DNA of 64,000 nt, from contig JAZDGU010000004.1 in NCBI GenBank assembly GCA_043806595.1, forward strand, positions 1 through 64,000. Direction: 5' to 3'. Of this stretch, positions 57,662 through 64,000 are shown piece by piece; the first letter of the stretch is position 1, and every line of letters begins with the position of its first letter. Both the position numbers and the translations under genes were made by a program. Source of the stretch: Candidatus Micrarchaeota archaeon. GTDB lineage: Archaea; Micrarchaeota; Micrarchaeia; Norongarragalinales; SBBD01. A model generated the notes under the pieces. That model did no database searches, had not been told where the DNA came from, and was given only the letters and a program-made list of their open reading frames with translations.

Positions 57662-58324
57662 ATGGCTCACACGCCCATGCACGAAATCGACTGGCACAAG
57701 CTCTATAGCGGGAAAACCGGCGGCAAGCTGCTGTTCGATGGCAAGGCGCTTGAAGAATACCGCAGGCAGGAGAAGCCATTCGCGGAATTAGTCAAAAGGC
57801 ATGCCGGCAGCGGGCAGAGGGGGCTCGACGCGGGATGCGGCCTCGGTAGGATGACGCTCTTACTTTCACTGGAAGGCTACTGCATGACTGCGCTCGACAG
57901 GGACAGGCGCATGCTTGAAATCGCCGAGAAGAACGTGAATGCCAACGGCGGAAAGGCGGATTTTGTGGCGGGGGACTTGACGAGCCTCGAGTTCCCGGCG
58001 GATTCCTTCGATTTCATAGTCCACCAGGGCATCCTCGAGCATTATTCCGAGGAGGAGGCGAAGGACATTCTTCGGCACCATCTCTCGGTTGCGCGGCTGG
58101 TGGCCTTCTCCGTGCCGATCGCAGGCGAGAAGACGAAGGTTTACTTCGGCGGCGACTCGATCGAGAGGAACGTCAGGGATTTCGACGGATGGATGAAGGC
58201 GCTGGCGGGATTCAAGGTCGCCGAGGCGTTCGAGGCACAGCAGAGGAGCTTTAACCTGCTCGCGGCAATCACGCGCTGGCCGCAAAAAAGTGCACCGGAA
58301 ACGCGGTTGCGCAAGGAACAATAA
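57662..58324 (+). CDS. Class I SAM-dependent methyltransferase
   Basis: LDAGCGLG motif I, ALDRD, GDL, SFD and QGILEHY motifs. Confidence 0.88.
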   Translation: MAHTPMHEIDWHKLYSGKTGGKLLFDGKALEEYRRQEKPFAELVKRHAGSGQRGLDAGCGLGRMTLLLSLEGYCMTALDRDRRMLEIAEKNVNANGGKADFVAGDLTSLEFPADSFDFIVHQGILEHYSEEEAKDILRHHLSVARLVAFSVPIAGEKTKVYFGGDSIERNVRDFDGWMKALAGFKVAEAFEAQQRSFNLLAAITRWPQKSAPETRLRKEQ

Positions 58325-58413
58325 GCACTAGCGCCCAGCAGCTGGCGGGAAGGCCGTAAAACCAACGGCAACATTAAATACCACCCGAATCCATATTTTT
58401 AGTGGTGGTTTAG

Positions 58414-58671
58414 GTGGAAACCGTCGTGAGGTTCGTTGGAGTTCCGGAATTCGTCTTGGACAAGCTGGTTTCGATGGGCTATTTCGCGACCAAGACCGAG
58501 GCCTTGAGGGCCGGGGTGCTCGAACTCGGAAAGGAATACAAGATACTCGGCGAGGCGGGGAAGATGGAGGAGGAACTCGTCGCACGCAAGCTTGAAAGGG
58601 AGGAGAAGGAGCTCAAGCGTTCCGGCGGCAAATACCTTTCCGAGAAGGAGGCGCTGTCGAAATACCGGTGA
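58414..58671 (+). CDS. Putative antitoxin (RHH-like)
   Basis: LDKLVSMGYFATKTEALRAG; C-terminal YLSEKEAL; upstream of a RelE-like gene. Confidence 0.75.
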   Translation: METVVRFVGVPEFVLDKLVSMGYFATKTEALRAGVLELGKEYKILGEAGKMEEELVARKLEREEKELKRSGGKYLSEKEALSKYR

Positions 58672-58677
58672 TGCGAG

Positions 58678-58947
58678 TTGGAGCTTAAGCCGTTCAGGCT
58701 GGAATTCAACCCCGGCTGGGACAGGCATTTCAGGAAATTCGACCGCGCGGTGCAGGAAAGGATTCTCGCGAAACTGGAACAGATGAAACAGCCACTGCCG
58801 GCCCGGGGAATGCACGCGAGCCGGTACAAGATCGAGGAAGCGGGCGGCTACCGCATTGCGTACATCCAAGATGATGAGAAAAGGGAAAAGCGGATTCACT
58901 TCGTCGGCGACCACAAACAATACGAAGAATGGTATTCGTCGAAATAG
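58678..58947 (+). CDS. RelE/ParE-superfamily toxin
   Basis: HFRKFDRAVQERILAKLEQM, GGYRIAY and IHFVGDHKQYEEWY motifs; TTG start uncertain. Confidence 0.8.
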   Translation: MELKPFRLEFNPGWDRHFRKFDRAVQERILAKLEQMKQPLPARGMHASRYKIEEAGGYRIAYIQDDEKREKRIHFVGDHKQYEEWYSSK

Positions 58948-59038
58948 GCGGTGAGGCGTTCGGCGAAAATAGTTTATTCAAGGACAGCGAAAGCAAGACT
59001 TGCAAAGCGCAAATGCTTAGGGGGAAGGGGCGTCTTGC

Positions 59039-59509
59039 ATGAAGGCAAGGAAGAAGGAGCTGGTTCCCGTGGGTTTCGACTGGCCGAGGAGGAGGCGCAT
59101 GGACCTGATCCCGGCGGCCTGGGAAGAAGGATTTCCGGCGCTGAGGATGCCCGGCTTCGCGGGAATGGGGGAGCCGGTGGTGGACGTCTTCGATGCGGGC
59201 AAGGAGATGGTCGTCACGGCGGAGCTGCCGGGCACGAAGAAGGAGGACATCTCCATCAAGGTGACCGGCGAGGTAATCAACCTCACGGTCAAGAGGCGCG
59301 AGCGCGCGGAGGAGAGGCGGGAGGACAGGCGCCGCGGCTTCTACTCGTATTCCTCGTCGAGCAGGTTCGAGGGCTACAGCAGGAGCATCCCCTTCGGCAC
59401 TGCCGTCAACGCGAAGGCGGCAAAGGCCACGTACAAGAACGGCGTCCTCGAAATCCGCGTGCCCAAGACCGCAGGCAAGCGCCCGGGGCACGCCATCGAA
59501 GTCGAATAA
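59039..59509 (+). CDS. hsp20: Small heat-shock protein (Hsp20/alpha-crystallin)
   Basis: PVVDVFD, AELPG.KKEDI, ATYKNGVLEIRVPK and a C-terminal IEVE motif. Confidence 0.93.
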   Translation: MKARKKELVPVGFDWPRRRRMDLIPAAWEEGFPALRMPGFAGMGEPVVDVFDAGKEMVVTAELPGTKKEDISIKVTGEVINLTVKRRERAEERREDRRRGFYSYSSSSRFEGYSRSIPFGTAVNAKAAKATYKNGVLEIRVPKTAGKRPGHAIEVE

Positions 59510-59604
59510 GGTGAGCGGCAGATTTTTATTCCACCAGCTCCAGCAAGAAAGCGGGGCAAAAGACTGATTCTCCGGAGCGCGGCACGGCCCAGCGGAACGC
59601 CTGA

Positions 59605-59994
59605 ATGCACGAGAAACAGCTCGCCGCGGTGTGCGCCGCGGCCGCAGTCGCGGGAATACTCCTTATCGCCGCCTATTCGAAGGCGCTGGCAGCGCAGCCG
59701 ATGGGCATCGCGGAGATTTCCGGGGCCGACATCGGAAAAGCCTTGAAGGTCAAGGGCGCGCTGGCCTCGATCTATTCCAGAAACGGCAACTGGTTCATCT
59801 CCGTCTGCAACAAGGGCTGCATCAAGGCGTTCATTCCCGCGTCCGTCGCAAGGGGCATGCCCGGAAAGGGAACGGACCTCAAGGCTTTGAGGAAGGGCGC
59901 GTGGATTTCCTTCTCCGGAGCCGTCCAGGAATACAAGGGCGCGCTCGAAATCGCGGCATACGACGAATACTGTGTCGAGGTGCACAGGCCGTGA
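59605..59994 (+). CDS. Membrane-anchored OB-fold protein
   Basis: N-terminal TM; IGKALKVKG and GAVQEYKGALEI OB-fold motifs. Confidence 0.78.
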   Translation: MHEKQLAAVCAAAAVAGILLIAAYSKALAAQPMGIAEISGADIGKALKVKGALASIYSRNGNWFISVCNKGCIKAFIPASVARGMPGKGTDLKALRKGAWISFSGAVQEYKGALEIAAYDEYCVEVHRP

Positions 59995-61145
59995 TGGAGT
60001 TCCTCGCAGGCGCACTGCTGGGCATGCTCGGCGTGCTGCCGTTCGTGCACACCAACCTGATACTGCAGGTGGCGAAGCCCTTCCTCGCGCAGGGCGCGGG
60101 CCTCGTCGCGTTCGCCTCCGCGTTGTCGTTCTCGCACCTCGTATTCGAGACGCTGCCGGCGCTGTTCCTGTTCATCCCGACGGAAAACCTTTCTGCCAGC
60201 GTTCTGCCGTTCCAGCGCATGGCACTGCAGGGAAGGGGGGCGGAGGCGCTCAACAGGATCATCGCGGCCACGCTTCTCGCGCTCTGCGTCGCGGCTGCAG
60301 TGCTTCCCCTGCAGGCCGCGGCGCTGCCGGCAATCAAGGAGGCCGTTGGGGAAAACCTGAAGTGGGCGCTGCTCGCCGTGCTCGCACTCTACTTCACGTC
60401 GATGCGCAAATGGAAGGAAAGGCTCGGGTCGCTGGCGGTGTTCCTGCTTTCCGGGGCGCTCGGAGTCACGGCGTTCGCCGCGCCATGGGTGCGGGAGCCC
60501 TTGTTCCCGCTGCTCACCGGCCTCTTCGCCGTGCCGGCGATACTGCTCGCCCGCGGCAGCGCGGTCAAGGACGGAGGCGCCGCCGGGGAAACCCGGCTCG
60601 ACGTGCGGCTGGTGCTCGCGGGAGTAGCCGTCGGCTCCGTCTCATCCCTTTTGCCCGGCCTGACCGTCGCCGTGCTGCTCTGCATATGCCTGCTCGCGGT
60701 CAAGGAGGACTACGGCGCGTTCATGTCGCTTGCCCCGAGCATAGCCGCATCCAAGACGCTCTACGACCTCGCCTCTCCGTTCACCGTCGGGAATGCGAGG
60801 AGCATGGCAGGCGCGATCATCGCCGGGGCGCCTGGCCCGGAGGCGCAGACGCTGGCAATTGCGTCGGCTTCCGCGCTCGCCTCGGCGGCGCTGGCCTCCG
60901 CGGTACTGCTCGCGACGTATAGGAAAATCCTCGCGAAAACCGGCGGCGACTACTCCGGATTCAAGAAGTGGCTCCTGGCGGTGCTGGCGCTGATTGCGCT
61001 CGGCCTCAACGGCTGGCAGGGAATCCTGCTGATGACCACCGCGGCGCTTGTCGGCGCGCTGCCGCTCCTGCTCGGGCTGCGCAGGAGCGCCGCCGTCGGG
61101 GCGCTCGTCGTGCCCGCGCTCGCTTACCACTTCGGCATGGCGTGA
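59994..61145 (+). CDS. TctA/DUF112-family membrane protein (tripartite tricarboxylate transporter permease-like)
   Basis: GVLPFVHTN, ETLPALFLFIP, SVLPFQRMALQGRG, LFPLLTGLFAVP, SLLPG and GNARS motifs; start ATG 59994. Confidence 0.8.
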   Translation: MEFLAGALLGMLGVLPFVHTNLILQVAKPFLAQGAGLVAFASALSFSHLVFETLPALFLFIPTENLSASVLPFQRMALQGRGAEALNRIIAATLLALCVAAAVLPLQAAALPAIKEAVGENLKWALLAVLALYFTSMRKWKERLGSLAVFLLSGALGVTAFAAPWVREPLFPLLTGLFAVPAILLARGSAVKDGGAAGETRLDVRLVLAGVAVGSVSSLLPGLTVAVLLCICLLAVKEDYGAFMSLAPSIAASKTLYDLASPFTVGNARSMAGAIIAGAPGPEAQTLAIASASALASAALASAVLLATYRKILAKTGGDYSGFKKWLLAVLALIALGLNGWQGILLMTTAALVGALPLLLGLRRSAAVGALVVPALAYHFGMA

Positions 61146-61310
61146 CTGAAACCGGCCCATAAATCGTTGTGCGCATAAACCATTTGGCGACAAGCGATGC
61201 AGAGTATGGTTAGCCGGCATGCTTCAACTGACCTTGCCGCGGTTAACCGTTTTATAGGACGCTCCCGACTTGACCCCGCGTTTTAAAAACCGGGGAAAGG
61301 TAGTAGGAGC

Positions 61311-61748
61311 ATGGCCAAGAGGGCGCAGGTGGGCGTCGAGATGTTCCTCGTGTTCAGCATAGCCCTCCTCGTGCTGTTCTGGTTCTCCAACTACCTCAAC
61401 GCGTTCTCGTCGTCGGCCCAGAAAATCGGGGCGAACGAGCAGCAGAAGCTCGCGCTCAAGGACCTCGCGAAACTGGCGAACGACGTCTGCGTCATGCGCG
61501 CCAACCTGACCGTCAAGGCGCCGTGCATAACCGTGGGGAGCGAGAGCATGCTTTACCGGCTCTACGGCACCCTGCCGGCGAACGTGATCCGCATGAACAA
61601 CACGTTCACGAACCATTCGAGCGCGGAGAAGGTCAACTGCAACGTCGACGTCATGGTGCCGGACTACGTGCGGTGCACGTCGAGGGAAATGCTGTGCATG
61701 TACAAGTCCGGGGACGACGTGGTCATCACGAGGGGGGCATGCACTTGA
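61311..61748 (+). CDS. Class III signal-peptide pilin-like protein
   Basis: KRA|QVGVEMFLVF prepilin motif; six Cys. Confidence 0.82.
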   Translation: MAKRAQVGVEMFLVFSIALLVLFWFSNYLNAFSSSAQKIGANEQQKLALKDLAKLANDVCVMRANLTVKAPCITVGSESMLYRLYGTLPANVIRMNNTFTNHSSAEKVNCNVDVMVPDYVRCTSREMLCMYKSGDDVVITRGACT

Positions 61749-62071
61749 GGGCGCAGGTTTTCAGCATAGACTTCGTCGTCGCGACGACCATACTCCTGCT
61801 CGGGCTCGGCATAGCCCTGCAGACCGTCGACCTCGTCCAGAAGGACGCCGACACCTACGCGAACATGCAGACCAACAACGCCGAAACCGTCGCGGAAGGC
61901 CTGATGCGTTCCGTAGAGGGGTTCGCCAACCACTCGCCGTACTGCTTCAGGTACAGCAACGGCACCAGCACGTGCGGCGGCTTCTCCTGCGCGTTCAACA
62001 CGTTCACCGCGACGAGGCTCGTCAACTGCGAGGGCGCGGTGTGCTCGATGGAGGTAAGGACCTGTGAATAA
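61739..62071 (+). CDS. Class III signal-peptide pilin-like protein
   Basis: RA|QVFSIDFVVA motif; Cys-rich C-terminus; start ATG 61739 or TTG 61745. Confidence 0.78.
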   Translation: MHLRAQVFSIDFVVATTILLLGLGIALQTVDLVQKDADTYANMQTNNAETVAEGLMRSVEGFANHSPYCFRYSNGTSTCGGFSCAFNTFTATRLVNCEGAVCSMEVRTCE

Positions 62072-63062
62072 GGGATTCGTGTTCACCGCCGACGCGCTGT
62101 TCGCGCTCACCGCCATCTCCGTGCTGGCGACCTCGTACGTCATCATCCACTCCATCCAGTACCAGTCGCAGAAGTACGCCAGCCTCGAGAACCAGGGGAG
62201 GGACTACCTGCGGCTGGTGTACCGCGAGGGCTTCGCGAACTTCACGAACGAGTCCTTCCACGCACTGACGGGCCACAACTGCTACGGGTGCATCCAGAGT
62301 CCCTTCTGGGGCTTCGAGACGGAAGCGGACCTTGAGGACTGGACAATCATTTATGGCTCTTGGCAGCTAAAAGACATAGGCGCAGGAGTCTCCCATATTG
62401 TCCTAATAGAGGCAGGTACCCCCGGCTTTTCAAATTCGACCATTACGACCGGCAAATACTACTGGAGCAACTACTCGGTCAGCGCCAAGGTTGCCATGGG
62501 AACCACAGGATCCACGGATATAATGGGAATAGGCATTTATTCCAACAGCACCGGCGGCAGGTACGTTTGCGCTCTTGATTTCAGAACCGGCACATACTAC
62601 ATTGCCGTCTACAAGGCGTTCAACTCGACCAGTCCGTATGTTCTGCCGGCGGATACCGCCGTCGCAAGAACGCCACTGCCGGTAGGATATGACTCGCATG
62701 TGTTCCACGACCTCAACGTCTCCGCATTCGGCGGGGTAGTCAACTGCTCCACATACGATAATACGAACACAATCAGCGCCGTTTACTACGACCCCAACCC
62801 CCTCGACAGCGGCAAGGTGACCCTGGGACGTGGAGAATACCAAAGCGCGGCACAATACGATAACATTACCATCAATTTCGTCGCCGGGTACCCGCCGAGG
62901 GACGTGCCGTTCGTGATGCGCAGCTCGATGCTCACCTACCCGTGGGAGTGCGGGTGCAGCCCTTACGAGCCGAACTGCTCGATTAGCAACGCTTCGCCGT
63001 GCCTGCGCTACCAGGAGCCGCTGGAAGCGGACTGGGTGAAGCACGAGGTCTGGGTGAACTGA
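62064..63062 (+). CDS. Class III signal-peptide protein with an inserted beta-sandwich (lectin-like) domain
   Basis: KG|FVFTADAL motif; WTIIYGSW, WSNYSVSAKV, SGKVTLG and YDNI beta-sandwich pattern; many NxS/T sequons. Confidence 0.8.
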   Translation: MNKGFVFTADALFALTAISVLATSYVIIHSIQYQSQKYASLENQGRDYLRLVYREGFANFTNESFHALTGHNCYGCIQSPFWGFETEADLEDWTIIYGSWQLKDIGAGVSHIVLIEAGTPGFSNSTITTGKYYWSNYSVSAKVAMGTTGSTDIMGIGIYSNSTGGRYVCALDFRTGTYYIAVYKAFNSTSPYVLPADTAVARTPLPVGYDSHVFHDLNVSAFGGVVNCSTYDNTNTISAVYYDPNPLDSGKVTLGRGEYQSAAQYDNITINFVAGYPPRDVPFVMRSSMLTYPWECGCSPYEPNCSISNASPCLRYQEPLEADWVKHEVWVN

Positions 63063-63673
63063 TGAGAAAAGCTTTCTTCTCGTTCGTCGTGATCGCCGCG
63101 GTGTCGGTGGCGCTCATGCTGCTCGCGGCCTACGCCAAGTCGTGGTACGACTACAGGAACACCGCGAACTACGACCTCGAGGTGCGGCTCGTCGACCAGA
63201 GGGCGAACGACAGCGAGACTTTCATCAGCGGCATGCTCGACGACATCGTGGTTGACTCCGCTTACAGCACGTGGGGCTGCAAACCGTCGGATACCGGACC
63301 GGCGGGGCCGTACAGCCTCTGCACCGAGGCGAGCAACTCGAGGATGCCGGCATACTGGAGGGCAGTCGCCAACCTCTCGACCGCAGGCGTGACGTTTTAC
63401 AACAATACCGAGTATTATTTCAGATGCGGATGGCTCTCTTGGGTCAACAAAACCGCCGCACCAAAATACAACTATACCGAATACATCCTCAATCTCACAG
63501 TAAACTATACGGTCAACACATCCCATGCCGCGGTCAACCACACGTTGCTGATGATAAACAAGCGGTTCGATGTCAATAGCAGCAACATGGCCAACGGCAA
63601 GTACATCAATATAACGATTTTCAACGCCGCGTTCGGGAGGGCGTATTCCTATTACGTCGACTGCACGGTCTGA
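63062..63673 (+). CDS. Pilin-like secreted glycoprotein
   Basis: MRKA|FFSFVVIA class III-like leader; numerous NxS/T sequons. Confidence 0.72.
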   Translation: MRKAFFSFVVIAAVSVALMLLAAYAKSWYDYRNTANYDLEVRLVDQRANDSETFISGMLDDIVVDSAYSTWGCKPSDTGPAGPYSLCTEASNSRMPAYWRAVANLSTAGVTFYNNTEYYFRCGWLSWVNKTAAPKYNYTEYILNLTVNYTVNTSHAAVNHTLLMINKRFDVNSSNMANGKYINITIFNAAFGRAYSYYVDCTV

Positions 63674-63763
63674 CGCGCTCCCGAGGAAGGGGCCGCAAAG
63701 CGCTGGAGAGGCAAAGAGTTATAAAAAGCCGCGAAGCCTAAGATACGGGGGAGGGGTAAAGTC

Positions 63764-64000
63764 ATGCGGCAGGCCGTCATACTAATCGGGCTTCTCGTGG
63801 CGGCAATCGCCATATATGCCGCGATCCCCAAGCCGGAGCTCTCGCCCTACGGCACGGACCAGGTCAAGCAGTTCGTGCTCGAGGACGCGAGGAACGACTA
63901 CCCGTCGGCGCAGGTCGAGGTGCTCTCCGCCGGGAACAAGGACGGGAAGTGGCTCGTCGACGTCAAGATAGCGAGGGACGCGCACTCCAAGTGCCCGAAG
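63764..64000 (+). CDS. Membrane-anchored hypothetical protein (truncated at the window end)
   Basis: Manual translation MRQAVILIGLLVAAIAIYAAIPKPELSPYGTDQVKQFVLEDARNDYP...HSKCPK; GGAGG SD; open to the end of the window. Confidence 0.75.
   Translation, partial: MRQAVILIGLLVAAIAIYAAIPKPELSPYGTDQVKQFVLEDARNDYPSAQVEVLSAGNKDGKWLVDVKIARDAHSKCPK

Noticed and set aside
58377..58411. Inverted repeat (CCACC...GGTGG) upstream of the RelE-like module
   Set aside because: Short and imperfect, and similar GGTGG sequence also forms the SD here; too weak to call an operator.
1..64000. tRNA genes, prophage, integrase, transposase, CRISPR-Cas
   Set aside because: No cloverleaf or T-loop signature, recombinase motif or repeat array seen by eye; tRNAscan-SE and a CRISPR finder would be needed to exclude them fully.

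Overview
GC-rich, gene-dense archaeal chromosomal window. PCNA, thermosome, prefoldin beta, class I CCA enzyme, GGGP synthase, PriL-like primase, GGTGA-type Shine-Dalgarno (SD) sites and class III signal-peptide pilins mark it as archaeal. The stand-alone 5S rRNA and many short orphan genes suggest a DPANN lineage such as Micrarchaeota (inference, not verified). It carries a citrate module (aconitase, IDH, two-subunit ATP citrate lyase), pyrD-pyrK-pyrC, a split MetE plus mycobacterial-type MTHFR operon, four toxin-antitoxin (TA) pairs and several pilus or surface-protein genes. The best candidate for an undescribed system is a compact wHTH regulator-trpB2-minimal SerK/SbnI-like serine kinase operon (11330-13371). 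It could make tryptophan from scavenged indole using O-phosphoserine made directly from free serine. Other points: a P-loop kinase/dCMP deaminase fusion (AvcD/Dcd1-like architecture), a PriL-like protein without Fe-S cysteines, a C9 tract that appears to frameshift a TraB/ChaN-like gene, operator-like palindromes and several microproteins missing from the ORF track. I saw no CRISPR array, tRNA, transposase or integrase. All family calls are by motif recognition; no database searches were run.
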